This document shows positions 20,417 through 33,400 of a stretch of DNA of 38,170 nucleotides, one piece after another. The notes beneath the pieces were generated by a model. It did not search any database. It was not told the origin of the DNA and worked only from the letters and a program-made list of their open reading frames with translations. This stretch comes from Perkinsus olseni (taxonomy: Eukaryota): positions 1 to 38,170 of the forward strand of contig JABANN010000333.1 of assembly GCA_013115125.1 (NCBI GenBank), in the 5' to 3' direction. The translations under genes were made by a program, and so were the position numbers. Within the stretch, counting starts at the first letter, position 1. Each line of letters starts with the position of its first letter.

Positions 20417-22259
20417 ATGGTTCAATTTGACAGCCTTAAGATCTCTGCTGGCGAGGCGGATGTTGCCGCTGAGAGGCCGCTGCCGGATAACGACGCTTTC
20501 ATTTTCAAACCTCCCGTCACTCCACCACCCCCAGTCGGGGACGATGAGGGAGAAGCTTGCGCTGAGCCAAAGCGCCCGATCACCCCGCCAAGCCCGGATG
20601 GGCTCTTCGGTGATATCTACTGCGTCCGGTGAGCACTTATCGCCTCTGCATCTCAGCTGGCTTCTCTCTGGAGGCTGACCCCATTGGCGCCCCGGCCTTC
20701 CTGAGCACCTCCACTGTAACGGAGTCTGGGGGTGCTGATGTTGGAGATCTCATCAGCTACAGCAAGCTAGACGATGCGTATATGGTGAGAGCCATTCTAA
20801 CGTTCTTGATTTTACGTGCAATGTTTTGTCTCAGGCGTCGACCCCTTCTCTCTATTCCCCGTCATTCCTGTCCATGCCCATGCCCCTCAACCTCATCGAG
20901 GCCCTAGTCGACATCGGTATCGAGGAAGCCGGCGCTCCACTGCCTAGTCGGTCCAGCCTCGAGCTACTCTCTAATGCTGCTCTCACTGCCGCCAAAACGA
21001 CCGCTGGCGATGCGGTGGCGACGGCCAGTCAGGAGCGTGCAACTCGGGCCCTCACTCGCATGCTGGAGAGGTTCGCCGTCATCTGGGAGGACTACTGTAA
21101 GGAGCTGGCCGCAGGCGCCGTCACCTTGGAGCATCAATTCTCGACAGCTACTACTACGACTGCTGGTTCTGCTAAGGACGCTTCTCCCTATTTCTTCGGC
21201 GCTGGCTTCAATTACGATACGGCTTTAGCTTTGGCACCGCTCACTGCTACTACTGCCGAGCCCCCTACACCGGAGGGATCTCCGCAAGTGGCTTCTCTCG
21301 AGCCCACCCTCAGAAGGCCTAAGAGCTTCTCAGGCTCTTCGTCTAATTCCAACAACAGCCTCTCTGTGCCATCCAGTTCGCCGAGTGGGGTACCGTCGTC
21401 ATCGCATCCTGCTCCCACTACTGCTGCACATGCTGCCACCCCCTTCAGCACGTTACCGCAACACTTAGTGGACCCAAAGGACTGGTGTACCGTCATCCTC
21501 AGGAACATTCCCAACAAGTACGATGAGGTGATGCTGTTGGAACAGTTCACTGCCTCGGGGTTCTCGAGCGACTCTCACATTCGCTACGTTTACACTCCCA
21601 AGGACGCTACCAACAACTGCAATTTGGGATACGCTTTCGTCGACTTGGTCAACCACGAGGTGGCAGTCAGGTTCACTTCGGTCTACGAAGGCTTCCGTCT
21701 GCCGAGCTCGAAGTCTCGTAAGGTGTGCAGTGCCAACTGGGCTAAGATGCAGTCGGTGCCGGCCCCTGTGCTAGGCTCTCTCGCCAGTCGTGTGGGCGGT
21801 CTCTCAACTACTGGGAGGAGGGACAGTCGTATCCTGTCGGGTGTGAGCAGCAGGAAGGCGTCTTTGACTACGGCGACGCCTCGGAGGCATTCAAGAAGGG
21901 GCGATAATCTCCGCATGGCTACTCCTTCGGGTCTGAGCTCGTCTACGGACAAGATTGCCAGCGAGGTCATCATCGTCGGCATCCCTTCACGACGTTACCG
22001 TGGGCAGATGGTGGAGTTACTGTCGTCTCGGTTCGGACCGGTGGTCTCGTGCCTGATTGATGATAACAACCAGTGCAAGGTCACGTTCGAGAGCTCTGCT
22101 TTGGCCCGTTCAGCGAAGGACGCTATCATCGCGGGAACGCTCGAGGTTGATGGTAAGGTCTTGAAGCTCGGTGAGAATACCTTCGACCGTCGTTATGGTG
22201 ACGAAGACTCCGATCTCCAGTTCAATGTGGGCCCTCTTGATGACTACCTCACCCAGTAG
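20417..22259 (+). CDS. Mei2-like RRM RNA-binding protein; probably three exons
   Basis: TVILRNIPNKY...YVYTPKDATNNCNLGYAFVDL...SRKVCSANWAKMQ is the Mei2-type RRM (RRM_2) signature. An intron at 20610-20677 and one near 20784-20834 join the upstream exons in frame. Confidence 0.85.
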
Positions 22260-23748
22260 TGATCGTTCAGTGATGATGAATTCAGAAGCATCAGCCTGTG
22301 GCGAATGCTCGTGTGGTTTTGATAGTAATTTCTCTCTTCTTCCTCCTTCTTCATTCACAGTGGCGGACTATTGTCCCCACTACTATGAAGTCCATCTTAT
22401 TGCCGCTAGATAGATTCATCGTACCGCCGTCGACTGCTCGTATTAAGTTGCCTAATATGATTGTAGTAGTACCTTCACCGTTTCAAATATCATTCTGCCC
22501 ATTCTCGACAGTCTGACATGAACCACAACAACATCCCTCGAAATCTCATCTCCCGTAAATTGGTGGCCGCCGTTTCGGTTCTTCCGTCAGCGACTACCAT
22601 CATTAATTTGCTCTGTATGATCGTGACGTTCCTCTGTACTGCTGGCCTAGTAGAAATCTGCCTCCTTCTACTCCTACTGCTACCGCTGTAACTACAACAA
22701 AAGTATCATCATGATGTCGGTGTCACGTCCTCGTTGGGATTACCAGTGAATACTCCCTTGTTCTCTCAAGGATGTCGTTACTGTTGTCCCAGGTTGGTCC
22801 CTCACTAGCCTGCTCTCGAGCAGTGAGTTCTCATAGTGCTTTTAATAATATTCAAACCTAGGTCTTTTTTGGAAGTAGACAATGTTTCACAATCATCAAT
22901 CGTTATCAGGTTCTTGGTGCTCTGTCGCTCGAAAACTGTCGAGTTCAGTCGCCTAATTCGGACATTTCTCGGCGAGCTTTCAACCCGATGTCCTGAGCAG
23001 AATTTTTGTCTCAACAAATGCCACTTCATCTGCTTGCCGTTGTTGTTTCGGCGTGGGTGGCAGCAGCCTTCGACCCACTTGCAGAACCGGGTTCATTATG
23101 GGACAGTGGCCCCGTTGATGTGAGGCCGCGGCGAACGGTTCAGACCGGTTGGTAACTCCTTCTTCTGATGCGGCGAACTTTTTGGAATAACGCTCCCGCT
23201 CATTTATACAGTATTACCTCGGCCTCGCTCCGGCAGTGGATTTTTTGTCGTTCAGATATGTCTTCCTTTATCTCCATCCGTTCAGCACAGTAAAAAGTTT
23301 TCTATTTGGGCGTCCAGAGCTACGCAGCGGGCCTATGGCGATATTGTCCATCTCAAGAGATGCCCGTTTTTGGCATACGAGTGTCTGGACTTCCGAGAGG
23401 TGAGCCAACATCGATCAGCTCACTGGGCAGGTGGCGATTTGCGTTCTGGGATAACCTGAGTGCTAACAGCGCTCCAGTTCACGGAACTGTTTACGGAGAG
23501 TGACAGTTCGAAAGCTGGCGGGAGTGCTCAGTTTCACGCCTCGGATTCGGGGAGATTCCCTTGTGTTGGGGCTCAAGAAGTTGGCTTCGTTCTATTCTCG
23601 ACGACCCAGTCTCGGCTTATAGGGGGTCAGAGCTAGGTCGTACGGTCAGTTGACTAGGCCCGGAACCCTTTAAAACTGTATCCGGGCGCCTACCAGTTCG
23701 ACATGACATCCGATGGTAGAGCTGCTATTGGTGTTGTTGATGTTTCAG

Positions 23749-26700
23749 TGGCTCCTCGAGAACTCCTATCGTCGGCAACAGGCGATAGGAGGAATGATGC
23801 AGCACGCCTATGGACGGTATGAAGCCGTCGCGCTTGGCGCTGACGAGACTAGTACTCTGTCTGGGGAAGGTGGCATTCTTCATAGCTGCTTTCTTGCCTG
23901 CTTCTTTCCGCTCGGCAGGTGTCGACAATTGGGGCGGCCTCAGTTTGACGATGGTCGACTCTCTCGACACGCTGGCTTTGATGGGCATGCGAGCCGAGTT
24001 TGATCGGGCTGTCGACTGGCTCCATCAGCATTACAGAGAGGCTCATAGCAAGAATCTTTCTGTTAATACCTTCGAGTCTACGATTCGGATACTAGGCGGG
24101 TGAGATGGGAAAGGAGTGGTAGCAAGCAGCCTGAAGGATGGCCGAAAGTTAACGCTTCGGGCCTTTCCTCCATCAGGAGGCTTCACGAGAGTTTGTAACG
24201 GATGTTCCTCGGTTAATACATTCCAATCTGGGCGTGTCCGACCATATTTCCAATCATCGTGGCAGCATCGTATGGGGCATTGCTAGGAAGCGTCTCACCT
24301 CCGCTCAGGTACTTGGGCGGATGGACCCTCACGGTTCCTAATTCTCGCCAGAGAGCCATGCTGGCCGAGATGGCTGAGGATATCGGGCTGAGGTTGGTGA
24401 AGGCGTTCTACGCTCACGCTAATAACCGGGAGAGAAAGACCCCACATTTACCGTATTCGGACATCAACCTTGCGACAGGTGTGTGCGAGAATACTGTGGC
24501 CGAAGACTCACGCTTTGCTCTGTTGGCAGGGGAAGGCGCTCTGCTCGGGGGATACGTTAGTTTATCGGAGGCGAACGTCGGCCTCGATCTCAGAGCGGCC
24601 ACAATGGTCACCGGCAACCCTGTTTTCGCCGAGGCAGCCGCCAACGTATGCGTAGTATACGAGTAGAACGCGTAGTAGAACGAACTCATTCGCGAGTGTC
24701 GAAGTTATCGCGCTCCCAAATAGAGCGCTATGGCATCAAGAATGCACGTTGCTGTGGTAGCGGGCCTGCACTTTGTTCGAGCGGTGCCGGAAGCTTAACC
24801 CACTGCTGCAAAGGCCACGCTAGATTGAGAGTCGGGAGTTTATCTCGCCTAGTTTGCATACACCTCATCCGCCTGAGAGTTCGAGTTGCGCAAACGATTG
24901 ACTGATTTCGGGTCGACGGGTTGCAGATGAATAGTCCTGGCTCGCTGCTTCTCTGTTTGGGAGTTGCCAATCGCGGCTTTCTGGTGCCAGGTTCGTGCGC
25001 TATTGCGAACGCACTACAATGTTGATGCCGGCGGACTTCTCCCGGTCCTACTGCCGCTAGTTCCACAGGGGACGGATGACTTCAAAGATATCCCCGGAAA
25101 TAAACTAGGTCTCGGAGCACGAGGCGACTCCCACTATGAGTAGGCCATGGGCGTCCCTCGGAATATCAGCTCGAGCAGTGGGCCAGGTACATCATAGAGC
25201 TCTCCATGCTTAGGTACTTGTTAAAGGAGTGGATCCTGGGAGGCAAGAGCGATTCCTCGTTGCTGAGAAGCTGGCAGAACAGCCTGTATAAGATCTATCA
25301 TAACTTCAATTCGCATGCTGAAGTGGACGGTCTGGGACAAGACCGCATCGCTGAGTAGTGAGGATGATATAACTTGGGTCTTCGCCCTGAACGATGTGCT
25401 AGCTCCCAGAGGTTGCCCACGGTCGCTACGCGTCCCTGCTCAAGCATCTTTGGACCTAGCGGGACATTGTTTCTGATGTCAGTTTCGAACTCTACTGGTC
25501 GGTGCCGAAAATGGACCACCTTACCTGTTTTCTACCAGGGACTCTAGCGCTGGACTACATCGTTCGGAGAGACTATAACGAGTACGGGTGAGCTCACTTC
25601 TCCCGATTCCAGAGGAGGGTCATCGCGAGCTTCATTTGTGAGAGAGTGCGTGGGTGGCAATAGGGCGACAAGGCATTGCTGGGCCGTTCACTCGAAGGTC
25701 CCCTTGAGCTTACATGGCTCCATTGTGCCTCGACTCAGATCGAATTCGTATTCGCCGTCCACGCGAGAGCGTTGGCGCACATCAACGGCTTTCGAGGATC
25801 TGCTACTGTCAACTGGAGGAACGCTGAGTATCGATCAAGAGCTTGACTGGGCGAGAAACCTCACCTCAGCATGTATAGGGATGTGAGTTGAGGCGGTATG
25901 GCTGGGCTTTCTCAGTGCATTAAGGCTCTGTTGATCGCATGAGCATGCTCGCAAACACATACCGTAACATAGCTCACGTAGGCCAGATTTTATATAGCCA
26001 TTGTATGCAAGTCGCTTCGTATCACCGTATTAATGCACACCAATGTTGCGATACCACTGTTTCCGCCGATTGCTGAAAATCTCGAACGCCTGCTTGATCC
26101 TGCTGCGGACTGAGACACTACTGTCCTTCCGCTGTAGCGTTGTGAACATGTTCTCCTCAGGTATTCAAGAATCTCCGAGACCGGTTTGGCCCCGGAGATC
26201 ACCCGCTTTGACGCCCACGGCCTAGTGGACGACGTTGGCGCCATGCACAATCTCCTCAGACCAGAGGCTATTGAGGCTCTGTGGTACATGTGGAGAGCCA
26301 CCGGAGATTGGTGAGCTCATGGGGTTCCCAATGGAACCGGTGGGCCATAGCATTAGTGGTTCCGCAAGGTTCGTTCGTATGGACGCTCGAAAAGTGACGT
26401 CTGGTCTAAGTGGTCGCATGGCACTGAATCAATGGGCTGTCATTCTCACGTTTTGAGAACTTTTCACTCGCATTCTCACGTCCAATTTGATGACCGAGGT
26501 ACTACAGAGAAGCTGGCTGGCGTATGGCTCGAGCATTCGAGCGTTATGCACGCACACCTTATGGATACTCTTCACTGGGCAACGTCAGAAAATCCGGCAG
26601 TTACACAGGATGGCAACCGACCTACTTCTTTTCTGGTATGATTCTGCGGGGAAAGCTGGTGTCGTTGGGATTCCCGCGGACTGCCTCGGTCCTATTGATG

Positions 26701-26988
26701 ATATCTTGCAGCAAGATTCTTGCTGCATCTCGCGTGGCCAGGAAATTCCGGCTCATCTATCTAGCCTGCGACGAAGGTATAGGCATTGAGTGACTAGGTC
26801 CATCATAGCTGTTGCGGCACCCTTGGAATTAAGCATCGGATCTAATTTCAGAAACCTTGAAGTACCTTTACCTCCTCTTCTCCCCGGACTCCATTGGTGA
26901 GAGTCCTGGCGTGCAGGACGGTATCCTCTTACATCACAGCGTGTACGTTCTCAACACTGAAGGGCATCCGTATGCTATACCTACGTAG
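23749..26988 (+). CDS. Glycoside hydrolase family 47 alpha-1,2-mannosidase, multi-exon; true start lies further upstream and is unresolved
   Basis: Exons encode HAYGRYEAVALGADE, LTMVDSLDTL, FESTIRILGG, GARGDSHYE|YLLK, KMDHLTCFLPGTLAL, GLAPEI, LLRPEAIEALWYMWRATGD, QPTYFFS|ETLKYLYLLF and VLNTEGHP. Confidence 0.93.
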
Positions 26989-27456
26989 CTGTCTTTGGCG
27001 GCGAGGCAGGAAAATTGTGATCGACAGGTTTAGCAGAACATCTCATGGCTTCAGCCGCTTGCTTCTGTGAGCTGTGCTACTTGTGAATTAAAACGGGGTT
27101 AGAGACTCTGGGGTCACGGGGATCGAGCGCTGTTCTTCACGGCACGGAGGGCTCGGTAGCTCGTCGTGAGGAGCAGAGGCCGAAGGAGAGAAAGCCTTCC
27201 AGTTGTTTGTTAGCACCTCTGAATGGCCACGAGTAGGAACGCTGGAGCAGTTGATAGAACCGAGGTATGATTGGGTGGTAGGCGTTCCGGAAGGGAATCG
27301 AGAGTGACCAGCCTTCAACTCACACTTCACTTTCTAGTTCGAACTCACGTACCGAATGAGAAGGAGTGTATGAAGTACTTGTGCACTTTGGGACTTGACG
27401 ACGCTGGGAAAGCGAACACCACTCAGGATGCTGCGAGAATACATTTTGCCAAGGAA

Positions 27457-30400
27457 ATGAGTACTCAGTTCGGTACCGAGTGTCCCGTTTGATTAACGGT
27501 CTATGACAGAGTCTTTGTGGTGGTCAGGTTGCCAATACTAGGCAAGTCGATGAGAGCCTAGAAGTCAGCCTGCATCCTCGGTATGTCTTCGGCGTCCGCT
27601 CGGACGTGAACAATGGGGTAGGAAAGTTCAGGTCACGTGTGTATCGGGCGTATCCAAGGCGGGCAGTAGCCCGAATCCCTATCGAGTATTCAGTCAGTGT
27701 CATTTATATCATGTGCCGACTGAGCGAATCGCTCAGTCGGCACATGGCACATCGCTCCGAGCGATACGTGGCTGAATTACATGCAATCTTCATCCTCTCT
27801 CGAGAAGTAGCACCTCAAGGACTGGCGAAAGTATGACGGGAAGGGCGTATAAAATTGGCGTTTTCGAAGGTACACTTCGTTGACGATCAACATGTAGCCT
27901 GCGCTGCTGGAAATAACATCGTAAGTTCATGCAATCGCAACTTCCGGTCTCGCTTTTTCCGGGGTTGCAAGTGACGAAGGGTTTTATCAGACCCAACTTC
28001 ACGTAGACCAGCGGACGCAAACGTTCATGCCAGCTACGAAGGGAGCCCTAGGGATCAGCTGCACTACAATCTCAGCTGAGCGGAGGTGGGTCAAGTCACT
28101 CGACAGCTGCTCGACCCGAGTAGCTAAGCGTTCCGCTCATTCTCATTGCGGCGAGGCGACTCTGTAGCGGATGACGAGCGATCTTGGTTGCTGCTCCTTC
28201 CGGCACTTCGGCACTTCATCGCCATTTCCAATTGAGATGCTACGCGAGGCATATCCGTAGGTACTTGGCTGTGGGTGAGCGCCACTCTGAGCAGGCCATC
28301 GTCAGCGTGTTCGATCTCGCCTCTTCTAAGAGAGTGAAAACCCTGAGGACTGAATGTGGAGTGAAGGATGTGGACTGCATAGCATTCTCTGGAGGAGAGG
28401 GCAAGTAAGGATGCAACCCGTAGTGGGACGCAATGAATACATCCACTCCTCGATGACTTGAGGATGTACTCGTGAGTGTAAGCGAACGCCTATGATTGAT
28501 CGATTGGAGCAATTTGCTCTGTATGTCATGATTGATTGAAGGCATTCACTGAAGAAGAGAAATGCTGTTCTGTCTTGGATTTCGTACGCTTTCGGGTCTG
28601 TAGGTATCTGGTAGCTCTGTCAAAAGTCCACCCGTATGGTTCGCAGCTTAGCCCAGCCAAGGGACCTCTTCAACCAATGGCGGAGTGTGGATCCAGGCCG
28701 GACTACAGATTGAGCTGCTGGGTGAGCAATGTTGTCGCTCTGCGGTACACATCATATCTGCAGGACTGGGATCAAGGGCGAATGACGGCTAGCGTCAGGC
28801 TCTTGGACGGTTATCCGTCAGACCTGAGGGCTGTGGTGAGTTCGGATTCCATCATTCCCGCTGTAATGATGCATCTCTCTTTCAGCCCTCTTGTGTCTTG
28901 TTTTCTGTCTCGGATGGGATAAAACTATGCACCACCGGAGTCAATTTCGTGGCAGTTCATCACGTATCCCCTGCTGGAGAGCTCACTGCGGCGGTGAGAG
29001 TCGGGCTTCTGTGGTCCCACATCTCGCTCCTGTCCCACTTGAGTGGATCTAGCAGCTCAACGTTTTGCTAGACGCCCAGCGCGAAAAATGGAGTTTGAAG
29101 GGACCCGAGTTGCTTCGTTCGTGGCACGAAATTCGTGTATTCTCTATTGGTCGCGGCTGACGCGCGATCGCAGAATACACAGACGCTGCGCACAGTTGGC
29201 AGAAATGGCCCGGAGGTGACTGTACTCGCGACGGTGTCTTGAAGACACTGTCTTCACAGATACCCGTGCCGGAGCAGCTCAAGTGTTTGCCCGAAGAACA
29301 TCAGTACTCGATGGGTGAACCGAACCTTTCTAGTGATGCTCCATCCGGATTCGAAGTCACGAGTCATATTTGGACCGAGGTGGGGCTGCTCGCGCTCCCC
29401 GAGACAGCTGAGCTAAGCACCTTCAGGCTGGCGACGTCATTTGTGGGACTTCGAATGGGAAGCTTCTGCTTTTCGACGAGTACGGAGTATTCAAGTAAGC
29501 TATGCCGCATAGCCTATGCGACATACTTTTTCGTTGCCTCGACTCAAACGCCGTGGCGCAAGTGCACCATGCATGCCATGTTAATCATGTTATGGCGCAC
29601 CGTGTGCTATGATACGAACGAAATCCAATCAATGCCAATATACGAGCCTCGTATTACGGGCGGTGTCACGAACGTCTCGATTCGTTCAAACATGTCTTCA
29701 TGGCGGACTGTGAGAGTCCGACTCTCAATGGTGCGGACTAAGTAAGCACTTAACGCGTCTGCGCCCCTTCTATTGGGGAGTCACCGATGGTGACATGAGA
29801 GGAGGTCGGTTGCGTAATACTGAATGCGCGTGCGGGCGCAGCAGTAGTAACTACTGAGTTCGCACCGGCATGGAAGATCGAACGCGTGTACCAGGACTGA
29901 CTCTTCCTGTGCAGTAGACGGCGCCCATGGCGGCCCATGTCTTCCAAGGTTTCCTGACTGAGCTATTAGCGGCTCCTGATGAGCTGTAGATGCGGCAGCG
30001 CAGTGTTCATCTAATCCGACCGAAAGCTTGATCACTGCAAGTGACCGACGCTCGCCAGGCGAGCCGGCGTCTGTGGCTTGGTTGCTATTCTGAAAGTGGG
30101 CGACCCGGGGTTCAAGGGCTACTCTGATGGACATTTCGAACAAAGTCCTGAGCAAGTTCTCGCCTTTGGAGTGCAACTACTGATGCCGGACGAGCTCTCT
30201 ACATATCTTCGGGATTATTTATGAATGTTAGCGATGGTTAGCTAGACTGATGAGGTACGGTACGTCACATACCTGAGCCGACATATGTCGGTTTTTCACA
30301 TTCGGTGACTGTACCTACGACATCGTCGCTGATAAAACATTCCGTGAAAGCATCGTGCGCTTCGCATACCCAGACACCTTGCGGGTATGGGCGGCGAAAG

Positions 30401-33400
30401 GATTTTCTCGCTTCAAAGCACAGCCGAGCGGGTTGTCGGACATCTGCTTAGTACGTTCCCATTTGCCGCGAGGAGATCTGTACTGCACTACGCTCCTTGA
30501 GCGATGCAGCAAATTCGTTCAACGAATTTGCAACGAATTTCGTTGCATAGATACTCGTACAGCCCGTTTGCCGGGCTCTGTCAGCGACGGGTATTTGCCT
30601 CGGCGTGAAAATCTCGATTCTGATATTGGGATTGTAATTCTCCGAGGAGAATGATCTGCTTCGCCGAATGGGTTTGGACACCCCTGTTACCCGGTAACAG
30701 GCTAATAGCCTGAGGCTATACTTCTCTTGGAGGTGGCCATATGATATGGCTCATATCTGTCAATTATCGCGATCAAGTTTTTCATTCAAGCCAAGTGGCC
30801 TGTCTGGCTGTAAGTTGTGATGTGTTGCTTTCGGGTTAGTCTTCGGGACGATATTGTGGAGCCCGAGGTAGAGGCTGTCCGAGTTATACTTGGCTCTGAA
30901 ATTTGCTGAGGATGTGGAATCTGAGCTAGAGACTGCCGGATGAAATCGGAGACCACAATAGGCCGTACTTTTGTCCTACTGACGACCGTCATCACTCATT
31001 GTAGTCCTCGTCTTGGACTGGGTCCCCCGCGGCTTGAGCCTCCAGGCGTTAGAGTAACCGATTATTAATCTCATCAACCTGAAGCTAGGACTCGCCATAC
31101 ATAGCAGAATCGTGAAGTGCGGAGCCTAGACCGGCGAGTCTCTACACGAAGGTCGATGCTCCTATGAATGCCGCGCTTCAGTGACTCGCGAGTGGGCCCA
31201 AATCGGGTCAAAAACTGTCGATAACATCAGCAGCTGATGATCAGCTGCTATCTTTATGGTATGTGTTGTCGATCAGGCAATCACTGATCATCGACCCCAC
31301 AGCCACCAACGGTGCCTACCGCATTATGGCACCATGGTCGAGGGGAGGCTTTCTCACGGCTAGTGATGACGGTATAGTGAGGACGTTCAGGAAGAACTCC
31401 GATGACCCAGAACAGGTGACGCTCCTCCTTTGTTCCGATTCTGATGTCTGCTTCCTCTCAGCCCTACCGTCTCTCGAGGATCTTCTCGGTGGATCCACCG
31501 GGAAAGCACCCCTCCGGAAGTGAAAGCCAACCCGAAAGTTTGTCGGGTAACAAAGGAACTTCGCTGGTTTGCAAGAGTCGATTTTTTCCCAGCTGCTGGA
31601 CTGTCTTCGCCACACGGAGAAGCAAATACCACGAGCAAGGTCCGGACCGGATGATATTATGCGTTTTCCTGGGGAAAATTTGTTACCCCAGGCCCGTAGC
31701 ACGAAGCTTTTATCGATATCCTTGTCACCCTCGGAGGATTGCTTGGCAGCCATCACAGACCGTGGCCAGCTACTCTCCATCCCGCTTCGCTCCGCCAAAC
31801 GTGAGCCACGAATAAGTTATATTCAACTGATTAGATGGACATCCTCTGCCATCAGGCCTGAGGGAAGCACCTCTTAAAGGAAGCAGAGGAGAAGAGGAGT
31901 ACTTGCCAGAAAAGCAGCCCGCAAAGTGGATGCTGTGTAACGAAATTCTACGTGAACTACGATCGAGCTTCAGTCTTAGGTTCGTTCCACACGGGGCCAG
32001 TGCTGGGCATGGACGTCTGCGTTCGGAGGCCGATAGTAGCTACTTGTGGAGCTGACCATACGGTGAGGGAGCGAATGCCCGCCCGGGAATGAGTTTCTTT
32101 CTGCAGGTGAGGCTATGGAACTTCTGGGAACGTCGTTGCGAGCTGGAGCAGTATTTTATGGAAGAGGCCTTCTCGATCGCCCTGCACCCCAGCGGACTAC
32201 AAGCTCTAGTCGGCTTCGTCGACAGGCTCAGATTGATGGATGTGAGCCCCCGGGGATCCAAGATTGTCAACTGTGCACTGGCGAGGGCCACAAATTTTCT
32301 GATAAATCTAAAGGTTTGAGTTTTTGCTGTCTAGCTGATAATGACTACTGGTCGGTAGTAGTTCAATGACATTCGGCCATTTTTACTTTGTTTTCCGGCG
32401 CAGGTCCTCAAAGATGAGCTGAAGACTTACAAGGACTTCCCGCAAATCAAAAGCTGTCGGGAGTGTCGCTTCAGTAGTGGCGGCCACCTATTCGCAGCAG
32501 CTAGCGGCAACAACGTTGAGGTTGGGAGGAAAGCTCGAGTGCTTTCTGTAGCCAATTGCTCTCAGATCTACAAGACTTTTACATGCGAACGCGTCTATCA
32601 GCTGAAGGGTCATAATAATAAGGTGCGCAACTCGCGGCTGTGATGATGAGGATATTCTCTCCTAGGTTAGAGCCATCTGCTGGAACTGGGATGATACGAG
32701 GCTGGTCAGTGGCGGAATGGATGGTGCTGTGTGAGTGTCACTAGCGTTGATCGGGTATTTGCGTACGCATCGACCATGCCACAGTCGTTCGCTCATCTTA
32801 TACCCTACAAACTAGGTCCACGAAACGATGCCGTCTCGTTTGCAGGGCGCTTCATTCTGGCCGTCGATTGCGGTCAGGCAAATCCATAGTACCAGTATGT
32901 TGAATAAAATATTGTATGTTAATATAGGTATATTATGGTCTGACGTATGAGTTATTTTACTTCTTATCTTTCTCAATAGCCGTCTCGCTAAGGTACGAAT
33001 ATGACATGGTTGGCAGCGGCCAGCGCCTATCGGATTGGGTCAACAAGAGCTCCTTAGTATCCTCGGCCGCAGTGTGGACTGATACATCTGCAGTCAGCAA
33101 GAGAGGCTTATTGCAGAACGGCTTGCCGGTGACCCGAGTGTAGCTTCCGATGACTGTGTGTTGTCTCCATACGCTCGGCCACGCTGAGATACGCTGTTGG
33201 CAACAACAGCAGCATCCGTGAGGTCTACTCCTCTCAACTTCAAGGCTCCATCGATGCAAAACCGTCCTGCGACGACGATGTGACTGGCCCTGTCTATTTC
33301 GGTCAAATATGCCTTGGAGAGAGTAGTACGCTCTCGGCCTTAGGGATAGGCCGATAGGCTCCACTCAATGTGCGGTCGCTAGGTACCAAGACTCTGTTCG

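Noticed and set aside
20417-20632. Apparent frameshift or uORF at the start of the Mei2-like gene
   Set aside because: Using the GT donor at 20610 instead of 20629 joins this exon in frame, so no anomaly is needed.
22805-23123. Short ORFs between the Mei2-like and mannosidase genes
   Set aside because: No recognisable product or convincing exon chain. They may be non-coding or unresolved 5' sequence.
29750-30995. Nested gene or transposon in the long CFAP57 intron
   Set aside because: The ORFs are short and motif-free, with no transposase/RT signature, terminal repeats or target duplications visible.
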